In this document: positions 25,721-38,099 of the stretch, one piece after another
Layout: each line of letters starts with the position of its first letter
How positions within the stretch are numbered: the first letter of the stretch is position 1
DNA from: Raillietiella orientalis
Taxonomy: Eukaryota
Length of the DNA: 64,000 nt
Direction of reading: 5' to 3'
Assembly (NCBI GenBank): GCA_036172245.1
Contig: JAYWIR010000020.1
Coordinates: 1 to 64,000, forward strand
Made by a program: the position numbers and the translations under genes
Notes under the pieces: generated by a model
What the model saw: the letters and a program-made list of their open reading frames with translations, nothing else
Told to the model about the DNA's origin: nothing
Databases searched by the model: none

Positions 25721-26175
25721 CCTAGTCATGATCAGTGACGCTTTGCTCTTCCCACTACGTGGCTCTGTCCGAATACTCAGCGGATAACATGTGTAACGTT
25801 AATGAGCTGCGAAGATGAGGAACACATTGGAAAATGAAAGGATGGTATCATGGTATGATGCTCTTTGCTTGGTGAAAGCAAGCCGAAGAAATGCTCTCAT
25901 CGTGGATCCATTAAGCGATTGCGATGCTGCGGCCCTGTCTTCCGTCATCATCAGCGCTGCTCCAGCTTCCGCAGCAGTTTCCGTGCTTCTGTGCAAATCA
26001 TACGGGGGTTGAAGAAATCTTAGCAAGGGAGACTCTTAAGAGGAGATTCGAAATACTCATGCAAGCTACTCCTTGCCTTCGGTCACTAGGCACTAGATAG
26101 TCTTGGATCTCGGCAGGTCATTTCCTGCTTGAAACTGGAAATCTACTGTTTGCCTTAAAACAGCATAAATACGCT

Positions 26176-26221
26176 TAACCCCCGTATAACGCGGGTATTC
26201 CGTTCCGCGTTATACGAATCC
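26176..26221. repeat. 12-bp inverted repeat, possibly a pogo/Tigger-like subterminal palindrome
   Basis: CGTATAACGCGG (26183-26194) and CCGCGTTATACG (26205-26216) with a 10-nt loop. The layout resembles MER2/Tigger-type ends as I recall them. Confidence 0.4.
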
Positions 26222-27064
26222 GTGTCACACCAACTCTGTGGGTTACACGCGGATAATAAGATAGCATTTATAAAAGATGAAAAATCTACCTTGAGCATTA
26301 TGTTGGCAGAATGGTTACGTTAGAGCAGAAGAAACAGAAAAAATCAAGTGCTTATTGCTTGTTTGGCTCAAAATAAGAAAAAAGAAGAAACACTGAGGTT
26401 TTTTTTTGATATTTAATTGGTTGCAGCAATTCCTCCATCATCCCGGTTGCTGGAAAACTTTCGCCCTACTTTATTCGCGAAAATTTGAATGGAGCGTAAT
26501 GTACCCGGCTCGAGTCACGTGTTTCGTGTTCTTTTCCTTGTTTTTTTTTTTTTTTTAAAAAAAAAAGAAAAAAAAAGAACGCAGGTGACCTGGAACCGCA
26601 CCACAAAATTGAAATTCATGCGCGGCGCCGTCGCATGACTGGGGCTGACTCTCCGCGTTGTACGAGGACCGTCGCCATTTTTTTTTTTTTTCTTCGTCAC
26701 GCTGCACGAACCCGCGTGGTGCGGGGGTCCACCTTACGCATTCCCACCCACCGACCCCTCCTCACCCGCCCCTCCCCGGAACGAGATGCTTCAAGAATCG
26801 TCAAACGACTGCGAGTAATGTTTCTCTTAGAAAGGAGCAACCAGGTCGGATCCCCACGAGGGTAGTCGTGGGTGTTCAAGAGTGTTCTTGGGTAGGGGAC
26901 ACAGTGGGAACCGTTTTCGCTCGGACGGGATGCTCGCTTCGGGGGCCAGGGTCCTTGTACCGTGGGGAACCAGCACGGACGGAATCCTTCGCAATTTTCC
27001 GGGACGGTTGCCGATCCTCGCGTGTGTGGAGCTCGTCGAACCTTGAAATCATCTGCCCTTACTC

Positions 27065-27116
27065 CTTCGTGCGTTTCGAACAGCAGCCTTAGGGCTGCTG
27101 TTCGAAACGCACGAAG
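27065..27116. repeat. perfect 24-bp inverted repeat (4-nt loop)
   Basis: CTTCGTGCGTTTCGAACAGCAGCC-TTAG-GGCTGCTGTTCGAAACGCACGAAG. Confidence 0.97.
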
Positions 27117-27119
27117 CTC

Positions 27120-27680
27120 ACCAGCATGTGTCTTCTTACCAGATCTCTCGGTGGTCTTTTTTTCCAGTGCGAACTCATCGTTGCTTGGGTAGGCGCATCT
27201 TTTCTCCTCAGCCTCCCACACTCCCATGCAGGTCCTGAAAAGTTTTCCGGACACATTGATGCTGCTTACACAATGGAACGGTCTTCCTTGTGCCGCTGCC
27301 GATGCATATCAGCCCGCAAACCGCTACCAATGGCAACGGCCCACTTTCAGGACCAGTCGCGATAAAGTGCCTGTGGTCGTTTGGTGGGAACACTCATGCA
27401 AATATCTAATTGTAAAAATGCAAATGAGCAAAGCTTAAATTGATCCCTTTGTTAATGTTTTTTTTTTTTTTTTTATTTTATGCAGGTAGTTTCTATCAAC
27501 TCTTGATGTCCATTAACCCACAAAATGTTAATTGGACGTCATACAGGTACAAGAAAATTCATTGTGACCAGTATTAATTGTGTCTGTTGACTGTGATACA
27601 TAAAAACTGTGGATAAGTGGATGTGTTTGACTCCTTGAAGCATGTTTTCGAATCTCTGTTGCACTTCAGCTCCCTGGAGC
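27120..27680 (-). mobile_element. pogo/Tc5-like DDE transposase remnant
   Basis: NILWVNGHQ (LLLD.W.GH-like), then VFPPN and, after a frameshift, TTGTLSRLVLKV (LPP.TTG..QPLD..V-like), then QHQCVRKTFQDL. AT-richer than the flanks. Confidence 0.4.
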
Positions 27681-30600
27681 TTTCCTCGGTTCCCTTCGTA
27701 TCTCCGTGCTCCGGTTGCGCCACGCATCCTTTGCCTGGAACGTCCACTCGCAAGCCTCCTCGCCTATCGGGCACAGGACCGGGACGTTAGGGTGTTTGTT
27801 TTTCCGCAGGAAACTCACCGCAGTCCGCGCTCGGAAAATTCGAGAAAAAAACGAAAGAGGCGTTCGCCGTAGGCTGCGAGTTTCGCTCGCAAAAAAAAAG
27901 ACAAAGGAAAATCAAAACCAAATGGAATCCAAGGATCTCTTCAGGCGTCCGATGGGGGATGCGTTGAACCGACCCCTTTTGATCGTCCGAAGCGAAGATC
28001 ACACACGTTCGTGGTGATCTTTGACGAGCACCTTCCCCTACGAGTGTTTGCGTATTTACGGACTTGCGCTCGTGTGCACTCGTGCACGGTCACACGTGTC
28101 GCTCGCGCGCGGCTGACTGGAAACAGATGAAAGCTGTCCGAGAAGCACGCCGGAGGCAAGGGAAACGGAAGCTTGGTTATTTTGTCGGAAAGTCCTGATC
28201 ATAACCGCGCGGACAAAGAGCATGTTCCGATAGAAAGCCACCCGTACCGCAGATTCACCCACGTGCTCTGCTAGAGGACGTTGGGCGAGCCCTTGAAATC
28301 AGCAGGTGGATCTCTTCCGGCTTTTGAGAAACGGAAGAATCGGTGAGGGATTTCGCGGGGAAAGCTCTGCGCTTCAGAGTGCTCATCGCCGTGGGGAGGT
28401 CGGACCTTCCAGCTGATCGCGCGATGATGCCCTCGTAGTGGTGCCAATCGAACTGGCTGACACCTAGACTGACCGACTTTTCTTTTTTTTCTTGTCACTC
28501 AATCTTTATGTGCCACTGCTGTCGATCACACGGGATGAAGACCGGTTCAGGTTTCAGGTGCCGGGAGAGTCCGGCAGTTTCTCAGGATTAAGAAGACAGA
28601 AGTCGTCCCAAAACAGGATGGCAACACTCGTCTTCCCTGAGGGGGGAAAATCTTCCTCAGAGCAGGCGGACTGGTTCCTTAGCGAGTGAGTCAGGGAGGG
28701 AGAAGAGGAGTGAGGGGGGAAGCTCGGGGCTCGCTGGGGGGGCGCGGGAAGAGAAGAAAGGAAGCCAGGAGCCTCGGCGCGTGTCTCAGATGGCAGGAAT
28801 GGGAACCTCCAAACGATTATCGGGAAGCGGATAGGGAGGCATCTCGGGATTTCCTCTCTCCATCCCCTCCCACCGATGCTTTCGTTTTCCAGGAAAGGGG
28901 CCGGGAGGGGGCGGAAAGGCGGAAAAGGAGTTTCTTCTTCCCTCTTATTTTCTTCTTCCCTTCCCGTTTCTCTCCTACAGGTTCGCTTCTCCTTTTTTTT
29001 TCCTACTGGGGAGGGAAAGGGCAATCGAAGGGGAAAACCGCCAACTCTTCCAGGATGGGGAGGAGATGGGGGGTCATTCGGAAGGGAGGACATGCGGAGC
29101 CGTTCCACCTCTGGGGAGTTTTGCTTTCTTTCGTCCCTTCGAGACGGTCGTCGGGGCATCCCCATGAGTCCCAAGATCGAGAAGGGGTTGGTGCCTTGAC
29201 GAAGAGAGGGGAAGGAGGAGTGGAAAAGCTGTGCGTCCTTTGGAGAGTCCTCTCCTGGAGGGAGGCGGCCTAGAAGAAAACGGATGCCCCCTTCCAGTTC
29301 TTCAACTCTGGGAAAGAGGTCGCGAAGGGGAGGGAGCAGCAGTCCCGAGACGTTGGGAGGGCGAGAGAGATGGAAGAGTTCACCGGGAGAAGGAAGGCTC
29401 CAGGAGATCTTGGGAGAAGGGCTGGACTGGGAAGCGCAGCCCAGGGTCAGAATCGTGGGAACGTTCATCTGGGAAGAACGAAGTATGAATCCTCATTTCT
29501 TCCTCCTCTCTTCCCTGCCCACCCTCTGGGTTGGGTCGTGAGGAGGGTGCGGTGCAGGCAGCTCCTCGTACTAGGACGGGCCGCTGCTGCCTTTAGGCGG
29601 AGGAAGGGGGGAGGCTTCGAAACGCGCCGCAGACTCGGGGGGCCTTTCTTGTGTAACCATCCGGATACCTGGCCGCGACGGCCTTCACAGCTGGTCGGCT
29701 GGTCAGTACTGCACCCTTCGTCGGGATTACGCCACGTGGAGTACGGGTCGTCTCCGGAAGGCTCACTGAGAAATTCCCTCCTCCTGTCTGATCATCTTGG
29801 AACCCGAGAAGTTGAGGATCGGCTGCGGTGGAGCGAGCTGGAAGGGAAGGAGGTCCCCAGGACGACGAAACGTGTCCCATGGGATGCTCGAGGAAGGGCG
29901 CAGAGAGATCCGGAGTAAGAGATTTGCAGAAAAGGAAGGGAGGAGTTGGCAGGTGAGGACCCAGGAAAGGCTTTGACCTCTGGTCAGCCAGCGACCTCTT
30001 TCGTTCCTTCTGACGTTCCCAGCAGGCGTAGAAGGGGCAGGGCGCTCTTCTCGGACGCCCGAGGACACCCTCAAACCCAGGAGAGGAGGGAGTGGTCTGA
30101 GAGTGAAAGTAGAGGAAGAGAAGGAGCGAGGAAGCCATTCTTTTCCACGGAGTGATCCTTGTTGGATCTCGAAGAGCCTCACGGGATTCGAGAGGACACT
30201 GAGAGATGACGGATGCGAACCGCTTTTCCCCGAACCCAACATGATGGCGGTGGCAGCCGCAGAGGATCGCTGATCCTCCAAGATACCCGCACCCTAAGGA
30301 GCTAACTAGCACGATTCTGGAACGGCAGCGGAGGAAGAGGAAGAAATAGATCCTCCGGGGAAGCGGGCGTTCGTTCTTGCTGTTTGCCATGGCGTCCTCC
30401 TCCTGCCTCAGGGAAAGGCAGGAGCGTAAGGATGGTGGAACGGAACATCCACGCCGTCTCCTGGTCCGAGGGCGTTTCCCAGCTTCCATTCCACGGGTTC
30501 CGTCGAGCGGCCGCCACACAGACTCCGTTGCCTGGTTACCTGGGACACAGACGCGACGGAGCCTGTTTACTGCAGAGACAACGAGAAAGAGGGCGCTGCA

Positions 30601-33600
30601 ATGGCAGAGGAGACGGAAGGACCTTTTCCTCCTCTCTTCCCTCGTAGGTTCGCCGCTTCGCGGGGGATTCTGGAAATGCCCTTTAAAGACGTGATCTTCT
30701 CGGTCTCCGAGGAGGAGAGGCAAGTGTCATCGCTTGGATCAGAAGCCTCCTTTGTCCCTGGTTAGTTAGCAGAGACTCGATTGCGCACGCAGAATCCTGT
30801 GCTCTCTTTTCCTCTTGCCTTGGAGCAAAGGAGTGAGGAGGCTTCCCCGGTCAGCGGGGCAGACGCACACCCCTCCCCATGCGTCCTCTTCGGCGCCGAA
30901 CAGAGATGCCCTAGAGAGGCAACAAAGAGGATACTACTGGAGCCCGCATGTGCTTCCCTCCACCTCATCACCCACGCGGAGCTTAGCGGACCAGCGCGGA
31001 CGGAGCGAGCTGGGAAGAAACTAACGTGCTGGACGGTTGATTTTCCGGGATCGCTTGCGGGTTCCTGGGGTCTCGGAAGGCGATAGGATCGGAGTCCACA
31101 ATTAGTCGAAAAGGGCGACTCCTCTCCATAGCCGCGCGCTCGCTTCTTCGTCCGAGCAAGGGAGAATTCTGGTCTTCCCGGCTCGCCGGGAAGGGCATGT
31201 CCGCGAAACCAGGAGGAAAGATTTTCGTGACTTCCCGCGTCCAGCAGGAGCGAATCCAGCAGCAGGAGGCTTCTCTCCTCCTGCTCGCGGGAATCCTTCT
31301 CTTCTTCTCCCGTCCCGCCTCCACCACTTAACCTTCACCTCTGGGAAAAGGCGGAGGAAATCCCAAGGAAACGGGAATGGACTGCTGTTGATGCCCGACG
31401 GATGTGGGAAACACTTACTTTTGCGGGGGCATAATCCAGGCCGAACGTCCCGTGATCCACGCTAGAATGAGTAGCAGGACTGGGTCCGCTTTGGAACCCC
31501 CTTGGTGTTTCCTTCGGGGACTTCTCTCCCTCGGTGGTTTTGATAGTGAGCACGCCTTTCATTTGCAGCGTCGTCTTTGCTCCTCTTCTTCGGCCACCTA
31601 CGGAAAGCACAGAGAGTTCCTAGACCGAAGGTTCTCCTCGAAGGCCTCGTTACACCATTAAGATTTCAACTAGCAATAATCGCGCCTCCGGCTACGTACT
31701 CGGCTACGATATTGCCCGTGCACAAGGCTCAAAGTGCACCATGAAGAGGTAAAGCACTTGGCATCCTGACGCTGGAAAAGATAAAGCTACTGGTCCAATT
31801 CATGATAGCGGAAGGCTGGATACGGTATTCGAAATACTGAATGCACGCGGTCGGTTGTGAGGGAGGGAAGTCGTTGCTACCGCGCAACCGAGACTGCATG
31901 AAGTCTCTCGTGGTCCCGCTTAGGCAGATCGCTGCCCTATGGGAAGAGCATCACTGGATCTCCCGCATCCCCGCAAACTGTAACTCTTGGCAGCACCTGG
32001 GTCTGCGTCACGCGTACTGACGCAGCGTTGAGACTCCCCGTCTACAACCTGGGAGCAATCTCCCTGGAGGGGGTGGGTAGCGGCGGGAAGAAGTGGTCGT
32101 GAGACACTGTCACTCTCCCAGCCGCAGCGCTTTCCTCCCTACAGGAGAGAAAGAACAGTTTCCAGGCGGCAGGGTGAGTGACCTCGTAGCAGGAGAGAAA
32201 AAATTCGTGAGCCGGAAGAGAGCGAGTCAGAGATGGAACTGAGGTGGCGATGCCCGGAACCGGCGCTAGAGGAAGGCTCCGTTGTGCGGAATACCGAGAG
32301 ATTCTGCCCTCGGAGATTGCAAGCCCTCTCTGGACAAAACTCGACGTTGCTCCTCTGGCGACGGCGCTAAGAGACTTGCTGTTCATGGACTGACTCTTTT
32401 CCCGTGCCACCAGCGGCGGCACTGCTGGAACAAGGGGAGCGTCTCTGCGAACTGGTACAGGTCGCGGAGAGATGGGAGTTTCCACGCACCTGTTGCTGCA
32501 ACACGGGGAACTTCGGAGCTTCGTGGCTTCCCCACTTCGACCCGAAGACGCTCAGGAGGCACGCCAGCAGGAAAGAAGTACCAAACGTTCCAATTCCTTA
32601 GTAACGAGGACTGCGGCCAAATGGTGATTGATGGATTCCAGAGTTAGGATGGATCGCAATTAGGTTCCACAGGCTGATGACCCCTGTCACTTCCTCTCTT
32701 TCATTTATTCATTTATTTACTGTCCCCTCCCCTGCACTTTCTCTACCCTTCTGTGCAGCCGAAGGGTAGGGAAAAGAAGGTGTCCTGCGAGTCGGTAATG
32801 TCCTTTCCTCTCACCGCTTTACCCCCAAATTTTAGAGCGGTCCAGTGGATTCACGAATTTACGCAGCCTCTTAATTTTCCTTCTCCTTGGAGAGTAACGC
32901 CTCTGCGTAAGCGGGTGAATATGCAAAATGATCCACACTCGAGTGACAGATGAGAAACAGCGGAGAGAGCGCGACTCGGAAACTCCGGCGCAACCGCAGT
33001 CCAAATTCGCGGGCCTTTCCTAAAGTTGAGTCTCTGAGCGCTTGGTGGCGTGTGAGGAAGAGGGTGGGGGTCAGCAGGAAGATGATGGCTTTTCACCGAC
33101 CTTTAGCTTGAGCGTCAGAATCGGAGCTGAGCTCCGGGGTGGTGTTCCAAAGTCCAGCAGAGGACAAACAGAAGAGGAAGGGAGGAGGAGCAAAGAAGGA
33201 AGAGGAACGGAGGAAGAGTTTAGGGTCCCGCTCTCGCGGACTTGTCGGCTGCATGACGGCGAGAATGCACAATGCTTGGAGGGGCTTCGATCGAGGGCGG
33301 CTCTGGGCTGGGCTCCTTGGGAAGACGCCAAGCGAAAAAGGCCAACCGCCGTGCTATCGGCGACGAACCTGAGCTATCGAGATCGACTTCGCTCCCTCCT
33401 TCCAGTCAAGAAGAAGAGGTGCCCGACACCCTTCCTGTTGTCGGGGAAGCAGATCGTTCCTCCCCATGACGACTCACGAACCGCGCCGTCTCACGCGATG
33501 GAAGGACCCTGGACGAGGAAAGAGGGACGGTGGCGTCTCCGGCCGGCATTAGGGCGGCCTTAGGTTGAAGCTCCTGGTACACCAGGCTCTTTAACAGACT

Positions 33601-36531
33601 GATACTTTACGGAGGGACCTTCAGCTCTCTTCCCTGGGAAGAAGGCAAGAAGCTCCGTCACTTTCTTTCACTGATTTCCTCCAGGGCAAAAACGCTAGCG
33701 GAAGGACGCTCGGTGAAGCAATAAGGTATGCCTGTGCGCACAGGAGAGCAGGAGGGATTTTCCCTCTCCCTTTCGGACGCTCCTGGGGCGAAATGGGGAA
33801 GACATGGCCTCCCGGCTTAGGAGATGCAATGGGACCGTGCGAAGGCAGCAGGAATTCTCCGAGTTTCACAGCCTGTTCCCGGACCTGACGCTTCTCGGTT
33901 CCTTCTGGAAGAAAAACTGGCCACATGACTGGGAAGGTAGAGATGCGGTCTGCAGACTGCCGCAGATCTCTTTGGGGAGATTCACGGAACACTTTTCCCG
34001 TCTCTATGTCCTGGGAGAACGCCAGGGTGAAAAAAGAGGACGGCCACTGTCGTTGGCGTTGCCACGGAGCCGCAAATCCTTCTGAAGGAGACCCTACTAC
34101 CACTGCTAGGGAGCTTCCCTTTTCCCCCTTCTCCTTCCGGACGGTCTCTCGCGACGCCGTTGGGAGAGACCAACCCCCCTCCGAGCCACCGCTCTCTCGA
34201 GACTGCTCCATTCCCTTTTTCCTGTTGCCAGGGAGAAGTTTGGACCCGCGCGAGGAATGGGGTTCTCCCTACTCCTGCTCTCCTCCCTCCCCCCTGCTCT
34301 CTAATCTGTTCTTCCTCCGCTTCCCTCGAGCGCCTACTCCATGCCACGTGTCGCCGCGGCAGGTTGCAGCGTCCGGATCGACAGCGACGCCTCGAGTGGA
34401 GAGCGCTCGAGCGACAAATAAGGTAATTCCTGCGTCCCATCGGCGAGCCCGCGACGAACGGGATCCTCTAGGGCGGTTGCCCAAGCAGACGCGATCCCAT
34501 ACACAGTGAGGCTCCGTGGCACAGCAACGACTGCTCGTTTAACTGGCCGTGTCCTCTTTCCCTCCTCCCCTTGCCCCCGAGGGCGTTCACAAAAGGCTAA
34601 GGGAAGTGCGGGTGCTGGGAGACGCCAGGAGTCCTCGCGAGCTCACGGCCGCATGAGAGGGGGCGCTGCCCGTTTCCATACAGATCCTCCTTCCTCGTCC
34701 CTTTTCTCTTCCAGCTGATGCCCCGCTGCTAGCTGTGAACGCAGCACGACGCAAGGGAGAGTGAACGGAAGAAAGAGTCCCCGGTCTTCCCCCCTTTTCT
34801 CCATCTACTTTCCCTTTCTCCGCTTCTGGAACGGCAGCAGGACTCGTCTGCAACAGCCTCCCTCCGGAGCGAGCGAGGCGCTTTGGCCAACGCCAGGAAG
34901 GACGGTCGCCGTCAAGGGCCGACGGAGAGGATCAGAGTGCTCATCTCGGAGGACGGGGACGTCGCTGGAGGGAAAGAGAAGGAGAGAGCTCACTGGAAGT
35001 GCAAAATTCCAGAGGAAGTTGAGAAGGGCGCCGCACTTTGTCTCCAACACCAGCAGAGACGTGGGAACGAAGATCCCATGGTAGGCGTCTCGGGAACAAG
35101 GGTAACGAACCAGCATGGGAAGCGCGCCGAGGCGCCACCAGACACTTCTGACAGTCCCGTGCTGTGGCAACTGAGAGCCACGACAACGAGGAGGCCGAAA
35201 TCCGGGGCTCGCTTCCAAGCATGCAGAAGAAGAAAGAGGGCGAGTCCCTTCGGATGAGACCCTCGAAAGGCGACCTTGGAGCTTTCAGCACACGCGAGGA
35301 GACAACAGCCACGTCGGCGGGCTGGGGTTGCGTGGCTCTTCCTGACTACTGCCCCGGAACCAAAGTATGGCGAGGAAGCACCTTCTGTGCTTGTTTCCTC
35401 CGGTAATTTGCAGGGTCGTGAGAAAGGGAGGCGCTGTTCATCTGGACCAAGGTAGTGCGCTCAGCCTTACTTGAAAGAGAAGGTCTTTAAAAGAGGATAG
35501 CAAAGTGCATTTCTGCAAGAGGTTTATTCGCACTTGCTCAGTGCAAGCAATGTGCCGGAGGGTGCAATCAACGCACAGAGCATCCTTCACCGTCTTCACT
35601 GCCTGGCTGTCGAATCCATTTCATCCTCCACTAGAGGCTGTGCACTCACGAGGGTTTCTCCAGCTGGCCGAACAGCTCAGCCTTCTCCTTCTAACAGCAT
35701 TTCGCAGGAGCAGCGTGTCCTGGGAGCACACCGTTCCCTTCCTGGTGTGCTCCTTACACCGCACTCTGTGATCTTTCGTTTTCTGATTCGTGCCTTGTTT
35801 GCATGATTCTGAACCCGTTTGTCACGGTCACGGTCTCTCTGGCAGATGCTGGTGCTCTCCTGTCGGCAGAATGGAAACTTGATCCTAAAGGACCTGCTTT
35901 TCTCGTCCGTCTCGACTTCTGTGGTCCTCCAACAGAATCTTCATTCGCCATTTTTGCTTTTTAATCATCCCAGACAATTGAGTGCTCTAGCTGTTTAGGA
36001 CCGATCTAGGAACGGGTTGATTAGACGCTACTAGCTACCACTTTTCGTGAATAGCGCTCTTGACCTTCAGGACCAGGTTCCCCGTGCTGGTAAAGATCTA
36101 CGGGCAAGAGCATTCCAGGAAGGAGTAAGCAGAGCGGAAGAAATCCACGGAAAATTCTCTAGATCTTGTTTTCGATACCACGCCTCGCGGATAATCGGAT
36201 TCCTCTGACACCAATGGGGAAACAGCTCAGAAGAGTGAGAAGGTAGAAACAAAAAAAAAAAAGCAATTGCCATCACCAAGGAAGATGTTCTTTGGGAACA
36301 GGGAGGGGAGGGAAGAGAGGGGTGCTCGGCGATGCGGATCGTGTCACAGTTTCCTTCTGCACTCAGAATCTGGTTGCAAAGTGCATGGAGCCTCAGGACA
36401 GCACATCCCCTCCCATCTCTGCTCTCGAATCGTGTACTCTCATCCCGGGAAAGGAAGCATTGGTGTTTTCATGCTCCAGGCAGCTTTATTTTGGGCAGTA
36501 ACCTCGGCGCTTCTGTTGCTACCCCTTTGGA

Positions 36532-36565
36532 ATGCCAGTCGTAAGGCGTGCCTTACGACTGGCAT
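36532..36565. repeat. perfect 16-bp inverted repeat (2-nt loop)
   Basis: ATGCCAGTCGTAAGGC-GT-GCCTTACGACTGGCAT. Confidence 0.97.
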
Positions 36566-37149
36566 CAAACGCACGTCTGCTCCTCCCTCACTGTGACCTC
36601 ACTTGGGACAGGGTAAACGTGTGTGCGGGACATGGTGGTGCGTCCGGGGACGGACCACCAGCACAGGTGACGTACTTCGTTGTCTGAGGAGGGCAGGTAG
36701 GTACTGTTAGAGGGTGTGTCGCATTTCGTTCACGTGGTGCTCTCACATGTGAAAGAGATACTGAAGTGCGTGATGCTCCCCAATTCTGGTACGAGTTGGA
36801 CAGTAAAAAGAAAAAACCGAAGGAAACAAAAAAGCATAGAGCTCAGAAAAGGAGGCACGAATCCAACAGGGAGAGAGGAGAACCAAAGCGGCAAGATGTA
36901 CATCTGCAGAATCTTGGAGCCAGTCTCGTAGAGACACGGACCTCTCACGGTCTCTCCAAGGGGGAGGACGTGGAGATCACGAGCAGCTCCGAGAACGACG
37001 ACGACATCTTCTAGCGCTTTGCCACTCCGAGGTTTGCTCCGCCTGTTGCGCTGCAGCAAGCGCGCGTACGAAAATCACCAGCCGAGAAAGTGAAGACGGC
37101 GGTAGGTGCGCATCTTCTGCTCGTCCCGGGGAGATGACCAGGCGCACCG

Positions 37150-38050
37150 TCCCTTAAGGCAAGAAAACGGTGACCAGGCGACGCGCGAGCTCCAAGCCTT
37201 GATGCCTCCTTCACCCTGCACGGGTCGAGACAAATCGAACATTGGATGGCGTCGACCTTAGGAAGTGTCGCGCTCTCATAGTGACCCTTCCTAAGACGTG
37301 GCAAATCGAAGCTATTCGGTGGATGAAGCACGGAAGAGAAGGAGGGATAACGAACTGGAGCAGAAAGCGCGGCATCGTGAGTCGGCTTTCTGCATATCAA
37401 GGAGGACCACAGGGGTAAGAAGAGGCAAGAGGATGGATGCGTCGCCTTTTCGCTATCGTACTTGGTTTCCGAGCCTGACTACTGGAGCCGGAGTCCCACA
37501 AGTGCGAGGCGGTCCATCTGACTGAAGAGCAAACTTCGATGGGCTACTGAAGCACTCGCTTCCAAGACTCTCTCAGCTACTTCGAAATCTCTTTCTTGTC
37601 GAACCACCGATAGATGCACGGGAAAGGACATTCTTCCGTCCGAACAAAGACAAAGGGGACCTCCAACCATGTGCCTACTAAGGTTGAAGAAGATGGAGAG
37701 GCAACCGGAGACTGTGGATAGTTCTTTCCAGATTTCCTCCGAGCCTAGCTTCCAGTACTCTGAATCACAAATCGAAGGACTCCCAGCCGTGAGGCACTGC
37801 AAGCTCACAAGGAGCATCGCAGCGTCACCGAGACCGGAGGTCAACTCGAACGATTGCACGGGCTCCAATACCACCTCCGCAAGGCGGCAGCGCCCTACAG
37901 CGTTTCGTCTCTTTCAAGCATTCCTGTCTGCACAGAAACGGCACAGGCAATCGGGAAGGGGTGAGGGGGTTCAGCAACGGGTCCACGCTGCTCGATCTGC
38001 TACCTGGAGGTGAGAGGAAGTTACCTGACGCTGCAAGCCGAGGACGGATC
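37150..38050 (+). mobile_element. BEL/Pao gag (DUF1759-like) remnant
   Basis: Frameshifted LSYLVS/SLTTGAGVPQVRG/VHLTEE/ANFD/ATEALASK resembles KL.YL.SSL.G.A...V.GL.LT.ANY..A...L..R. It is followed by FRLFQAFLSAQKR, similar to the region after the zinc knuckle. Confidence 0.5.
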
Positions 38051-38099
38051 ATCGCATGTCTTGACGCGAGTCCGTAGATACTGACAGAGTAGGGTCCCG

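Noticed and set aside
24091..31795. GGACCAGTAGC and GCTACTGGTCC as TIRs of a 7.7-kb element
   Set aside because: Only 11 bp match, with no matching TSD on the right side.
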